A stretch of 40,160 nucleotides of DNA from Leptospirales bacterium (GCA_040326155.1 JBEQLE010000029.1:1-40160), one strand, 5' to 3'; counted from the stretch's first letter, positions 29,376-40,130 are shown. Made by a program: numbers and translations. Notes: generated by a model not told the origin, from the sequence alone.

Positions 29376-31790
29376 ATGAGTAAGCGAAATATTTACAAAT
29401 TATCTCTGGTTGCCTTTTGGGCTTCCTTATTGGTTTCTATTATGTTTACTTCGTCTGGGGTTTTTGCCGCTACAGTAACTTTATCGGGTACAATTACAGA
29501 AGCTTCGACAGGTAAACCCATTGAGTTTGCCTCTATCGCTATTTTAGAGTTGAAAAAGAAAATTCTGAGTGATGAAAATGGTAAATACAAAGTCTCTTTG
29601 TCAACCGGCAATTATACCCTCATTATCAGCGCTTCGGGGTATAAAACCCAGAAACATGCAATAAAAATCAGTAAAAGCGTCACGGCAGATTTTTCTCTCT
29701 CTCTACCGATCGTTTCGGGAAACGCCCTTTCCATTGAAGCCGAACGCGATGTCCAGAAAATATCTCGATATTCTATGAGTAAAGAAGAGATTAAAAATGT
29801 CCCGGCTACTCTGGGCGACTCCTTTGGGGCAGTCAGTTCTATGGCGGGTATTGAGAGGTCGGGGTTTCTTGGTCCTCTTTCTATACGCGGGCTTGGTGAC
29901 TTTGCAAACCGGTATTATATTGATGGGGTATTGATACGAAAACCCCAACATTTCGGCGGGTTTCACAGTATCATTCATAACGAATTTATATCCGAAATTG
30001 ATATCTTTTCTTCTTCGTTTCCTTTGAATTATGGTTATGCGGTAGGTTCCATTATCGAAATTAATACTATTGATGAAGTGAAAAAAACATATGGGTTTGG
30101 CGACATTGGAATTTTATCCGCAAATTTCATGGTGGGAACACCGCTTTATAAAATGCAGGCAGGCGAAAAAAAAGTCAATGGATATATATTGGTGGGAGCT
30201 AGATACGGTTATTTAACTCTGATCGCCCCTTATATTATAAAAGCAACGGTTGGCGACACTGTAAATATAGATACCAGCTACTATGATTACCAGTTTAAAG
30301 GAAAATATTTTCTAAACAAAAATAACTCACTGACCATATTGCTTTTTGGAGGCGCAGACCGGTACACACTTGATCGTAATCTCTCGAGTCGAACGACCCA
30401 GAATATGATTTCGAAGGGAGCGGACCCCTACCGATTGGCATACGCGTTGCATACGGATTCAAAATTTCATTCCCAGTCGTTGCTTTATACTTATATGCCT
30501 TCTTACATGTTTTCGAATGAAGCTCGTTTTTATACATCGTTAAACGATGTTGAAAGACGTCGCACGATAGACGACACAAATGTGGTCTCCTGGGCCAGAA
30601 ATATCAATCTTACATCGCGGCCCAATATATATGGCTTGCGAGACGACCTCAAGTATCAGACGAAAAAAAAGACATTCTCTGTAAAGCTTGGCCTGGACAT
30701 GGCCCTTTACCATTACGTAGCTTCCGGGAAAAATATTTACCCTAAAACCACTTCAAATGGCCAGTCTCCGGATTATTCTGACCCGGATGCTTTTGTAGTA
30801 AAAAATATTCACCAGGATGCGCGGAACTATACTATTGGAAATTACATTGAAACCAAGTTAACATTAGACGCTTTTGAACTCGCCCTGGGTTTGCGAAGTG
30901 ATTACCTTACAAACCAGGAATATTTTGTATGGGACCCGCGTGGGATAGTGAGTTATACGTTTCCCTGGCAAACAACTATTTCGGCAGCCGGCGGGGGTTA
31001 TAGCGCATTTTACCAGACAAATTTTGATAATCTGGAACGCTCTCCCGATGTTATTAAAGCTGACGCAAAACCGGAGAGGGCCTGGCACCGAGCCGTTGGA
31101 ATTGAACAAAAAATTGGTAAAATACTATCTTTTAAAGTCGAGGGGTATTATAATAATTTTTATCAACTTACGGAACCTGGTTATGACCCCGCAGGAAAAA
31201 GTAAAACATTTACAAACAGTGTCGGGGAAAGAAAAACCTATGGGGTTGAATTTACGCAAAAATTTATGTTTAAAAAAGGAGATTTTAGTTTTCTAAACTG
31301 GTTGAGCTATACTTATGGTAAATCGGAACATAAATCGAACCTCTCTGCGGCTCTAGATCCGTATGGGGACAAATGGTTGAACGGAGAAAATGACAGAAGG
31401 CACTCTTTTAAAATGGTCACAGGTGCTACGTTTGGCAAACATATGCTGGGGACTCGCTTTCAGTATTACACATCGAACCCCTTTACCCCGATTGTTGGCG
31501 ACGATAATGACCCTGGCGGTATTGGAAGATATGGCCCGTTATACGGAAAATCTTATTCAAAATACAGTGAACCGGACCACCGTCTTGATATACGCTATAG
31601 TTATGATACGGCGCGCAAATGGGGTCGTCTAAGATGGTATGTAGAAGCCATAAATGTATTAAATATAAAGCCCAAAGATCGAGAAAATTGGAAATATAAC
31701 AAAAAGTATAAGAAAGGGGTTAACCCGGTGCGGGGAACAACTGCCATTCTCGGGTTTGCCCCGAACTTTGGCCTGGAGATCAGTTTTTAG
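29376..31790 (+). CDS. TonB-dependent outer-membrane receptor with N-terminal carboxypeptidase-regulatory-like domain
   Basis: Signal peptide, LSGTITEASTGKPIEFA...DENGKY, plug motifs (LSIRG...YYIDGV...H), beta-barrel strands, C-terminal Phe (GLEISF). Confidence 0.92.
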   Translation: MSKRNIYKLSLVAFWASLLVSIMFTSSGVFAATVTLSGTITEASTGKPIEFASIAILELKKKILSDENGKYKVSLSTGNYTLIISASGYKTQKHAIKISKSVTADFSLSLPIVSGNALSIEAERDVQKISRYSMSKEEIKNVPATLGDSFGAVSSMAGIERSGFLGPLSIRGLGDFANRYYIDGVLIRKPQHFGGFHSIIHNEFISEIDIFSSSFPLNYGYAVGSIIEINTIDEVKKTYGFGDIGILSANFMVGTPLYKMQAGEKKVNGYILVGARYGYLTLIAPYIIKATVGDTVNIDTSYYDYQFKGKYFLNKNNSLTILLFGGADRYTLDRNLSSRTTQNMISKGADPYRLAYALHTDSKFHSQSLLYTYMPSYMFSNEARFYTSLNDVERRRTIDDTNVVSWARNINLTSRPNIYGLRDDLKYQTKKKTFSVKLGLDMALYHYVASGKNIYPKTTSNGQSPDYSDPDAFVVKNIHQDARNYTIGNYIETKLTLDAFELALGLRSDYLTNQEYFVWDPRGIVSYTFPWQTTISAAGGGYSAFYQTNFDNLERSPDVIKADAKPERAWHRAVGIEQKIGKILSFKVEGYYNNFYQLTEPGYDPAGKSKTFTNSVGERKTYGVEFTQKFMFKKGDFSFLNWLSYTYGKSEHKSNLSAALDPYGDKWLNGENDRRHSFKMVTGATFGKHMLGTRFQYYTSNPFTPIVGDDNDPGGIGRYGPLYGKSYSKYSEPDHRLDIRYSYDTARKWGRLRWYVEAINVLNIKPKDRENWKYNKKYKKGVNPVRGTTAILGFAPNFGLEISF

Positions 31791-31847
31791 GCTATTTTAT
31801 CTAATTTTGTAAACAAAGAAAAACTAAAGAAAAACAAGGAAATTATA

Positions 31848-32603
31848 ATGAAAAAATTTAAAATAAAACTCGCATGTGTTTTGGTGGCTACTTTTTTATT
31901 TTCGCCAACCGTTTTTGCCCAGACCGGGACTCCAGAAAATCCCGCCGTACCTGAAGAAGTAAAAACAGAAGAAGCAGCAAAGCCTGGTAATGTTGCAGAA
32001 AATGAACAACCGGAAAATCTTGACAATCCTGAAGCTGAAGAGGAGAAAAACGATAATCTGTTTTCTACAGTTCGTAGAGGGGGATGGGTGATGATACCCG
32101 TTCTCGGACTTTTACTTCTTGGAATGACCTTCATTGTTGATCGGGCCATCTATTTTTATAAACACAAAGTCTGGAAAATTCAGGTATTTGAGGAATTTTT
32201 AAAAGATAAATCTAAGAATTGCAAGTCTAAGTACAAAGAAGAACTTGAAAATGAACTTCGCGATATCTCTCAAATTTATATTAACAACCTCGAAAAAGGG
32301 TTAAACCTGATACACGGCATTGGAAACCTCTCCCCCTTGCTGGGTTTTTTTGGAACGGTAATCGGTATGATCGACGCCTTTGCGGCAATTGCCGCTGCGG
32401 CAACTGTAAATGCAAAAGTTGTGGCTCAGGGAATTGAAATTGCTCTGGTTACCACCGCCGGTGGACTCGCAGTTGCCGTCCCCATGCTTGCTTTTTATTA
32501 TATATTTTCCCATTTTGTGCAAACTCATTACAACGCAGCAGACAGGGTAATTAGTGAGTTGACAACCGTTGCTCCCTCTTTTTCGCAAATGAACCAATCG
32601 TAA
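31848..32603 (+). CDS. exbB: MotA/TolQ/ExbB proton channel
   Basis: SPLLGFFGTVIGMI, GIEIALVTTAGGLAVAVP; signal peptide and acidic linker. Confidence 0.93.
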   Translation: MKKFKIKLACVLVATFLFSPTVFAQTGTPENPAVPEEVKTEEAAKPGNVAENEQPENLDNPEAEEEKNDNLFSTVRRGGWVMIPVLGLLLLGMTFIVDRAIYFYKHKVWKIQVFEEFLKDKSKNCKSKYKEELENELRDISQIYINNLEKGLNLIHGIGNLSPLLGFFGTVIGMIDAFAAIAAAATVNAKVVAQGIEIALVTTAGGLAVAVPMLAFYYIFSHFVQTHYNAADRVISELTTVAPSFSQMNQS

Positions 32604-32651
32604 TAGGGTGATGCAAGTTATATTTGTGGTTTTTATTATGGATTCTATGAA

Positions 32652-33080
32652 ATGAGTCAATATCCTTTTAAAAGAAAGAGAGCCTTTCGTAAAACTACGG
32701 AAGCAACCGTTGACTCTTCGGCGATTGGAGATATGGCTTTTCTGCTTTTGATATTTTTTATTGTCACCAGTTCGTTTTTAATTAAGCAGGGTTTTTTTCT
32801 CTCATTGCCTTCAAAAGACGGAGGGGCAATTAAGGTAGAAGAAGAAAAGCTTTTTGAAATTGAACCGACAGATGAGGCATATGTTTATGAAAGCCGTACA
32901 ATAAATGAAAAAAAACTGCGGTTGTTTATTGAACAAAAACAAGAAACCACAGAGGAGTTGATTCTCATTATTTATATGAACCCGGATGTCAAGTACTCAC
33001 GACTAATTGATACCTTAAGTATTGCCCGCGATTTTGGTATAATGAAAATATCCATAAAAGATACGGAGGAAAAATCCTGA
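32652..33080 (+). CDS. exbD: Biopolymer transporter ExbD
   Basis: GDMAFLLLIFFIVTS TM with conserved Asp; LSLP; 'VKYSRLIDTLS' C-terminal. Confidence 0.9.
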   Translation: MSQYPFKRKRAFRKTTEATVDSSAIGDMAFLLLIFFIVTSSFLIKQGFFLSLPSKDGGAIKVEEEKLFEIEPTDEAYVYESRTINEKKLRLFIEQKQETTEELILIIYMNPDVKYSRLIDTLSIARDFGIMKISIKDTEEKS

Positions 33081-33490
33081 TGAGGCGACAACGTAACCGG
33101 AATTGGCTGCGTTCTATTTCATCGGGGGCGGCGATGGCCGATCTGGCCCTATTGCTAATGGTGTTTTTTATGACGACAACCGTTACCGACCCACCACGTT
33201 CGTTTGAACTGGAACCTCCGAGCGGTAATGTAGAACCAGCCGAACAACAAAATATTAAAATTAGTATTGATCGGTATGGAGTTTATTACTTGAATGGCGA
33301 ACGTCGAGAGTTAGAAGAAATATACAATTTTCTTGTTTCTCGATCATATGAGAAAGATACACCTGTTACCATAACTGCCGATAAAAATTTAAAATATTCT
33401 ATTATTTCGGCTCTGACCGGTACTTTGCAAGATGCAGATTTTCTGAATTTTACATTTATAGCTGAAGAGAAGACTCCGCAAAACAACTAA
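33080..33490 (+). CDS. exbD: Biopolymer transporter ExbD (second copy)
   Basis: ADLALLLMVFFMTTT; ITADKNLKY; TGATG stop/start overlap with the first exbD. Confidence 0.9.
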   Translation: MRRQRNRNWLRSISSGAAMADLALLLMVFFMTTTVTDPPRSFELEPPSGNVEPAEQQNIKISIDRYGVYYLNGERRELEEIYNFLVSRSYEKDTPVTITADKNLKYSIISALTGTLQDADFLNFTFIAEEKTPQNN

Positions 33491-33491
33491 A

Positions 33492-34142
33492 ATGAAAAAG
33501 GTTCAAAATAAATTTCTAAAAAAAGTTATTGAAATTGCGAAAATAATAGTTTCCTATTTAAATGAACGTTACAATAAGAGACCGTATACATTCTCTTTTG
33601 TTGCATCTTTGCTCGTAATAACATTTACACTTTTTTTCTCGCCTTATCGCGGTCTTCATACTCCCGACGACATAATCGATATTTTTGAATTGATTAATGT
33701 AGATAAAATATCTTTGCCGAAAAGAAAAGTAAAAAAGGACATTGACCCTGATTCACAGACCGAAAATGAGGACCCCGATGTTGAAAGGGCGGAAGGTCAA
33801 ATTGATGACGCCCTCGACCTCTCTTTTTACCCCGATATAATTCCCCCTCGCCCCATTGGAGCGTTGAAAAAAATATACCCCGAAAGTGCCCGACAGATGG
33901 ATGTGGAAGCGGTGGTTTTTGTCTCTGTTGCCATTAGTCAGTCGGGTAAGGTTCTTGCGGTCAAAGTTCTCGTTGTAAAATTAAGTAAGTCCTTACCACC
34001 TGAGCTTGAAAAAAGTCTTAAAGCTGACTTTACCCGTGACGCTATCGCTATATTGTCTCAAGTCCGTTTTACATCTACACTGTATGAAGGAAAAAAAATA
34101 TCTGTCATTAAAGAGTTCCCATTTCAGTTTAAGCTCAAGTAA
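33492..34142 (+). CDS. tonB: Energy transducer TonB
   Basis: Single N-terminal TM, charged linker, TonB_C motif 'YPESARQMDVEAVVFVSVAISQSGKV...FKLK'; operon context. Confidence 0.8.
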   Translation: MKKVQNKFLKKVIEIAKIIVSYLNERYNKRPYTFSFVASLLVITFTLFFSPYRGLHTPDDIIDIFELINVDKISLPKRKVKKDIDPDSQTENEDPDVERAEGQIDDALDLSFYPDIIPPRPIGALKKIYPESARQMDVEAVVFVSVAISQSGKVLAVKVLVVKLSKSLPPELEKSLKADFTRDAIAILSQVRFTSTLYEGKKISVIKEFPFQFKLK

Positions 34143-34202
34143 CTAATTATATAGTTTACTTCTTGTGGCGAAGTTCTGAATTAACGGTGGAGTCCGGGCA
34201 TA

Positions 34203-35606
34203 ATGAAAAACAGTGATATACATAAAATTCAACAAATAGTAAAAAAATACAAAAAGACAAGCGATTACGCCGCAGTGCTTTTTTTGGAACAATCGGGTTC
34301 GATGGTGCGCGCCGATACTTCACGCGCGGAGGTCTCTTCCATACCAAGGCTTAGTGGTGTAGTTGTTGCAAATGTATTTAATGGCTTACGAGTGGAAAGT
34401 TCCATTGATGTAAATTTGCCCGGGCCAGATATTGTAGAAGAACTTTTTGAAAAAAATGCGGCCAGAGCGGCAACATTAAACGATAAAATTCACGGGCTTA
34501 CTCCCTATAATATTTCCGAAGATGAAATGGAAGAAAATTACGAGCCGGTTCCCTATGAAGATATTTCAATAGATGAAAAAGTGAAAACTGCCCAGGCGCA
34601 GGTAAAGAAAATTCATGAGCTTGACTCTTCCGTAGTTTCGGTTCGGACCCTGTTTCGTCATACTCGCAATAAAGAGCTATACATAAGTTCTGGAAAAATA
34701 TTATCACAAGAGCTTTCCCGGTTTGAAGCTATTTTTGTTGCGGCCCTGAAGCAAAAGTCTAAGTCAGGGGGTTCACAAGCGACCCGTATTTTTGACGGTT
34801 ATGGACTTCCGGGGGGGTGGGAGAACAGTACTCCACCGGATGGCCTGTTACAAGAGATGATTGAAGATGGGAAAAAAATTCTCGGAGCCCCTCGTTTGCA
34901 GCCGGGCTACTATGATTGTATTTTTGACCCGTCTTTGTCGGGTATTCTGGCCCACGAAGCTTTTGGACATGGAACTGAAGCAGACACCATGATGAGAAAT
35001 CGAGCGAAAGGTTCGGGCTTTCTTGGCAAGAGAGTTGCTTCCGACCTTGTCACAATTTGCGATTCCCCGTCGTTAGAGGGTACAGCTGCCGGGTATAAAT
35101 TTGACCACGAAGGGCAACCTGCCGAACGAACCTGCATTATAGACAACGGTATATTGAAAGATCCGATGACGGACGTAACAAGCGCTTCGATCTTGAAACT
35201 GAAAAGAACCGCCAATGGAAGGCGGGAATCTTACGACCATAAAGCCTATACCAGAATGACGAATACATTTTTTAGTCCGGGAGAAGACAAGTTAAATGAT
35301 ATGATTCAATCGGTTGAGAAAGGAGTTCTCGTTAGTCGGGCAACAAATGGCATGGAAGACCCGAAAGGGTGGGGCATTCAGCTAGAGGCTCTGGTAGCCA
35401 GGGAAATTAAAAATGGTGTATTAACCGACCAGTATTATTCACCGGTTATTGTTACCGGGTATGTTCCTGAAATACTTCAGTCCGTTTCAATGGTGTCGGA
35501 TGATTTTCATATTAACGGTCTTGGAATGTGTGGGAAAGGCCATAAAGAGTGGGTGAAAGTTACCGATGGAGGTCCTTTTTTAAAGCTTCGCGCTCGTCTT
35601 GCTTAG
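34203..35606 (+). CDS. tldD: TldD metalloprotease
   Basis: LAHEAFGHG (HExxGH), FDHEG, GNGRR-like ANGRRESY, RMTNTF, C-terminal GMCGK...VTDGGP. Confidence 0.9.
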   Translation: MKNSDIHKIQQIVKKYKKTSDYAAVLFLEQSGSMVRADTSRAEVSSIPRLSGVVVANVFNGLRVESSIDVNLPGPDIVEELFEKNAARAATLNDKIHGLTPYNISEDEMEENYEPVPYEDISIDEKVKTAQAQVKKIHELDSSVVSVRTLFRHTRNKELYISSGKILSQELSRFEAIFVAALKQKSKSGGSQATRIFDGYGLPGGWENSTPPDGLLQEMIEDGKKILGAPRLQPGYYDCIFDPSLSGILAHEAFGHGTEADTMMRNRAKGSGFLGKRVASDLVTICDSPSLEGTAAGYKFDHEGQPAERTCIIDNGILKDPMTDVTSASILKLKRTANGRRESYDHKAYTRMTNTFFSPGEDKLNDMIQSVEKGVLVSRATNGMEDPKGWGIQLEALVAREIKNGVLTDQYYSPVIVTGYVPEILQSVSMVSDDFHINGLGMCGKGHKEWVKVTDGGPFLKLRARLA

Positions 35607-38028
35607 CTCCCAGGTTAGGGAACTTTTCTCGAATATAGAAGAACATTGCCGGCATTAGAACGGAGGAAGTTACTAGAATCACCATAATACCTATAACCGA
35701 AACCCACGCAATGCTGCGAAGCCCGTTGTAACTCGCCAGAAAAAGACTGCTGAAACCGATTATGGTTGTAATCGCCGAAACACCTAAAGCTTGTGCGGTT
35801 TGGACAATATCTTTCCACTTATTTTTCAAAGGTTTATTTTTTTTACCAAAAGCTTCTTCAATTCGATGAAAAATATGGATGGAAAAGTCTATACCGACTC
35901 CCAGCAGTATGGGAATAGCAACTACGTTAAGGTAATTTAAAGAAATTCCAACCGGGGAAATAATATTGGAAAAACCAAGAATTACGGCGGCGGTGTACAA
36001 CCCGACTATGAGTGGTGAAAGCACTAAAATTGTCTTCCAGACGGAGCGAAAAAGGATATAAATTAAAAGAATTACTATAAGTAAAGCAATAGGCAATATA
36101 ATTTTACCTTCGCTTACAACCAGATTGAGAATATCTTCGAGTATAATTATATCCGAAGATATTGTCATATCGATACCTGCTTTTTCAGGCAGGGCTTTGA
36201 GCCAACGGGCGTGTTCAAAGGCATTGAGTCCATTTCCCAGAGTCGATATGGGATAGATCTGGCAAAAATAAACAGTCTCTCCCTCTGCATTTTTCCCCAT
36301 AAAAGCATTTTTAATACTTCTCGGGTAATTTTCCAGATCAGTTGGCTTCGGGTTTAAATATTGAAGATATTTCTGTACCTGAGCTCTGTCGCCGGGTTTC
36401 AGGCTGGGCATACTTTTAAGTAATTTGCTGCGTATGGAGTGGACCGTTCGAACACGTAAACTCAAGTCGTGTTTTGGGTATGGGAAAAAGTTCAACATGG
36501 AAACATGTCGATTCAGCATTGGGTTTTTGGCGGCTTCGTCGGAATTTAAATAGTCTCGCAGCTTGTCTAAATCGTCCAGAGAATTAACAGAGGCCACCGC
36601 CGGTCGCCAGGAATAATCAAACGCATGGGTAAGACGTTCCCACATAAGCCTCGGGGCTGTGTTGCGGTTTTCAATTTTAGAAAAATCATACTGAAACCGG
36701 TTGTAGGGAAGAATAAACACTCCTGCTAAAATTAATAGGCCGCTTACGCGAATAATTCCCAGTTTATGGCGATTTATAGCGCTCATTAATCTTATACTGA
36801 ACCTGCGTTCGTGATCATCTGTTTTTTGATTCTTAAAATAGCTGAAAGACGGCTTTGTGAAATATACCAGGATGGGTAAATGAATGACGATGGATAAGAG
36901 TATCATTAGAATACCAACAGATGCCAGTACTCCCGTTTCTTTGAAAGTTAGAAAATCGGAAAAAATTAAAACAAAGAATACACCGAATGTAGTCAGCGCT
37001 CCGAATAAAGTTCCTTTACCAGTGGTAATAAAACTGATAAAAATTGCCCGAATATAGTCTTGATTTTTCAAGTACTCTTCTTTAAAACGAGAATACACCT
37101 GTAGACTATAATCGATACCGAGACCGAGCAGCACCGAAACAAAAAAACTGGATATTAAATTTACGTGGCCAATTAACAGGTAATTAATGCCTAGCGTCCA
37201 GACCAGGGATGTAACGAGAGGGAAAAGTACAATTAAAATCGCTTTCGGAGATCGGAAAAAAAACAGCAGTGAGAGGGAGACACCGATTACAGTAAAAAGG
37301 GAAGCTATTAGAAGATCAGCCTCAAGGGCTTTTATCTGCGATCTTTTCATCGGATACATACCGGTGAAATGGACGGTAACTTCGGGATATTTAACCGCCA
37401 GTTCGTCTTTTAAAGTGGTCATTCGCAAGATTAGATTTTTAGTTAACCCTATATTGTTTGAATCTATGGTAGGTTTTAATACCGAAAGAAGCATTTTTCC
37501 ATCTTTACTTTGATGGTATGGACTTGTTTTAACTTTTTCTTCAAGATCTTTTAAAAGCGCTTGCGTATGAAAAGGCGGGGGAGGCCCCAGTTCTTCAGGT
37601 AAAAGGCTAAGGGCTTTTTTTCTATAATAATTTATACGGTTATTGAGGTCGTCTCGCATTCTTTTAAGATCTTCGAGCGGCAGCCATAAAATTCCATTTT
37701 TTTGAATAAATTCACTTGGATTTTTATGGTTTACGTAAAGAATATCAGGGTCCGACTTGGCCCTCTCTGAATATTCTTCGAGAAATTCAATATTTTGTTC
37801 TGCGTTGTCGCTCTCAAAAACGACAATCATATAACCCAGTCCGCCCGTAAGCGCAGAGATCTTTTTTAAAGATTGGACAGAGTCAAAGTGGTCGGGTAGT
37901 AATTCTAAAAGGTCTGCTTTAATCGTTAACCGGGATGCGAGAAACCCGGAAAGCACAGTAAGCATCATCGAAAGAAAAAATATATAAAATCTTTTTTCTT
38001 TAATAAAATGGAGAAAACGGATCAGCAT
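35560..38028 (-). CDS. MMPL/RND-superfamily lipid transporter (HpnN-like)
   Basis: Two repeats of TM + large loop + 5 TM; LLGLGIDYS and LLGVGIDFSIH motifs; ALTT and SAITT; 822 aa. Confidence 0.88.
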   Translation of the reverse strand: MLIRFLHFIKEKRFYIFFLSMMLTVLSGFLASRLTIKADLLELLPDHFDSVQSLKKISALTGGLGYMIVVFESDNAEQNIEFLEEYSERAKSDPDILYVNHKNPSEFIQKNGILWLPLEDLKRMRDDLNNRINYYRKKALSLLPEELGPPPPFHTQALLKDLEEKVKTSPYHQSKDGKMLLSVLKPTIDSNNIGLTKNLILRMTTLKDELAVKYPEVTVHFTGMYPMKRSQIKALEADLLIASLFTVIGVSLSLLFFFRSPKAILIVLFPLVTSLVWTLGINYLLIGHVNLISSFFVSVLLGLGIDYSLQVYSRFKEEYLKNQDYIRAIFISFITTGKGTLFGALTTFGVFFVLIFSDFLTFKETGVLASVGILMILLSIVIHLPILVYFTKPSFSYFKNQKTDDHERRFSIRLMSAINRHKLGIIRVSGLLILAGVFILPYNRFQYDFSKIENRNTAPRLMWERLTHAFDYSWRPAVASVNSLDDLDKLRDYLNSDEAAKNPMLNRHVSMLNFFPYPKHDLSLRVRTVHSIRSKLLKSMPSLKPGDRAQVQKYLQYLNPKPTDLENYPRSIKNAFMGKNAEGETVYFCQIYPISTLGNGLNAFEHARWLKALPEKAGIDMTISSDIIILEDILNLVVSEGKIILPIALLIVILLIYILFRSVWKTILVLSPLIVGLYTAAVILGFSNIISPVGISLNYLNVVAIPILLGVGIDFSIHIFHRIEEAFGKKNKPLKNKWKDIVQTAQALGVSAITTIIGFSSLFLASYNGLRSIAWVSVIGIMVILVTSSVLMPAMFFYIREKFPNLGAKQDEREALKKDLHR

Positions 38029-38086
38029 TCGTGTTCCATGCTACACTTTATAGATATCTTGAAAATCATTTTTGAAAAAATATTGA

Positions 38087-40078
38087 TTATACAACTTCAG
38101 CCTCGGTCGATTCGGTTTTTACTTCGCGTATACCGTCTATGTCTTTTAAAGATTCCAAAATGGTATTGAATTGGCCAACAGAATCCAGTTCAATCTGGTA
38201 TTCACTGTGCATTAGTCCTTTTTGCAAAAGTTTCATGTCTCCAGAAATAATATGAGCACCAGAAAAAGAGATCGCGCGTATAATATCAAGTGCTATTTGC
38301 GGTCGGTCTATACCGCCAAGTGTAATTTTTGTACGAAATGTTCGAAACATATTTATCCATTCTACCTCCACCCGTTCTTTAGAAATTTCTTTGGAGACTG
38401 TAGAGTTTCGAATGGCTGGGCACTCTTGCTTATGAATAGATAACGTATTATTTTTTGTCCAGACTCCAATAATAGAGAAGCCGGGTGTCGGAGAACAACA
38501 TTCTGCAATTTTCTTTTGCGCATTCTCGTTGTCTGAGTTTTCATCGGGAATAATTCGAACATACTCGTCCAGTGTTCTGCCTTCTTCTGTTTCTACGCTA
38601 TGCAGAGCCGTCGGAGCGGGAGCCTTTATGGCAGGGTCCTGTTTTTTTAACCAGGTTTTTAATTTCGACCTGGCCTGCGAGGTTTTGAGTATTTTCAACC
38701 AGTTTCGAGAGGGGGTTACAGTGGGGCTCGAAATGACTTCGACCTGATTACCGCTTACAAGTTGTGTTCTGTAAGATACAAGACGAGAATCAATTTTTGC
38801 TCCGGCACAAAATAAACCAAGTTCGGTGTGGATGCGAAAAGCAAAGTCAAGCACAGTGGAGCCTTTTGGTAGAGTGGTAATGTCCCCTTTGGGCGTAAAT
38901 ACGTAAATTTCTCCATCACTTAAACTTTCTTTAAGCTCTTGTACAAATTCAGTCGCTTTTTTTCCAGACTCTTCGAGAAATGCTATATTTTGTAAAAGCG
39001 CAAATTGCTTGGATACCTCGACAGGGTCTTCCGATTTATAGCTCCAGTGGGCTGCTATACCAAACTCCGACACGCGATGCATCTGGTGGGTTCGTATCTG
39101 CGCTTCAATTGGTTTACCATTTTTCCCGATAACGCTGGTATGTAGCGACTGGTAACCGTTTGATTTTGGTACCGATATATAGTCTTTAAAACGTCGCGGT
39201 ATGGGGCTCCATAATGTGTGAATTACCCCAAGCGCAGAGTAGCATTCCTGCACTGTATTCACCAGAACTCGAATACCATTTAGATCCATAATTTTTTCGA
39301 AACTGCTGTTTTTTACCTTCATTTTCTGGTATATGGAATAAAAGTGTTTCGATCTACCTTCGACTGTGGCGTTTATTTTTGCCTGTTTTAGTTTTGTTTG
39401 TAAAATGGATGTAATAGCTTTAATTCTCAACTGCCGATCAGATTTTTTAGATGCTACCAGGTTTTTTAACTCGTAATAGTCCTTTTTATGCAAATAAGAC
39501 ATACAGATATCTTCCAGTTCCCATTTCACTTTAAAGATACCCAGTCTACCTGCCAGGGGAGCGTATATATCAAACGCTTCTTGAGCAATTGTTATCGCTT
39601 TTTCTTCAGGTTGGTATTGCAGCGTTCTCATGTTATGAATTTTATCCGCAAGTTTAATTAAAAGCACTCTCGGGTCTTCAAAAGACGCTAAAATCATTTG
39701 TCGAATGTTATTAGCCGCCTGTGTTTCCCGGCTCTGTTTTTTAAGAACCGATATTTTTGTAACTGCTTTCACCAGGTCAAAAATCTTCCCGCCAAACTCT
39801 TTTTCAATTAGCTCATCAGAAATCGGGGTGTCCTCTAAAACGTCATGCAATAGACCAGCACAGATGGACTCGTAATCCAGACCGAGATCAGCCAGAAACA
39901 GACTTACAGAAAGCGGATGAATTATATAAGGTTCCCCCGAGAGACGTTTTTGAAATTTGTGTGCATCTTCAGCCAACAGATAAGCTTTTTTAATTAAATT
40001 ACGCCCGGTACGCGGAATATACGCGACTTTTTGCAGCAAAATATCGATATTCCCTTTTTGGAACCCTTTAATCAGCAT
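38087..40078 (-). CDS. rel: Bifunctional (p)ppGpp synthetase/hydrolase
   Basis: Intact HD hydrolase (SGEPYIIHP, LLHDVLED), synthetase (GRSKH, RFKDYI, NGYQSLHT, EAQIRT), TGS (VFTPKG...LDFAFRIHT), CC and ACT domains. Confidence 0.95.
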   Translation of the reverse strand: MLIKGFQKGNIDILLQKVAYIPRTGRNLIKKAYLLAEDAHKFQKRLSGEPYIIHPLSVSLFLADLGLDYESICAGLLHDVLEDTPISDELIEKEFGGKIFDLVKAVTKISVLKKQSRETQAANNIRQMILASFEDPRVLLIKLADKIHNMRTLQYQPEEKAITIAQEAFDIYAPLAGRLGIFKVKWELEDICMSYLHKKDYYELKNLVASKKSDRQLRIKAITSILQTKLKQAKINATVEGRSKHFYSIYQKMKVKNSSFEKIMDLNGIRVLVNTVQECYSALGVIHTLWSPIPRRFKDYISVPKSNGYQSLHTSVIGKNGKPIEAQIRTHQMHRVSEFGIAAHWSYKSEDPVEVSKQFALLQNIAFLEESGKKATEFVQELKESLSDGEIYVFTPKGDITTLPKGSTVLDFAFRIHTELGLFCAGAKIDSRLVSYRTQLVSGNQVEVISSPTVTPSRNWLKILKTSQARSKLKTWLKKQDPAIKAPAPTALHSVETEEGRTLDEYVRIIPDENSDNENAQKKIAECCSPTPGFSIIGVWTKNNTLSIHKQECPAIRNSTVSKEISKERVEVEWINMFRTFRTKITLGGIDRPQIALDIIRAISFSGAHIISGDMKLLQKGLMHSEYQIELDSVGQFNTILESLKDIDGIREVKTESTEAEVV

Positions 40079-40130
40079 TGAAAACTTTTTAGTAATGCCT
40101 TTCTATATGCCAACCTTTTTCTTTTTTAGT

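Noticed and set aside
500..38747. Numerous 60-143 aa ORFs nested in or antisense to the large genes
   Set aside because: Shadow ORFs of well-supported genes; no motifs or RBS support.
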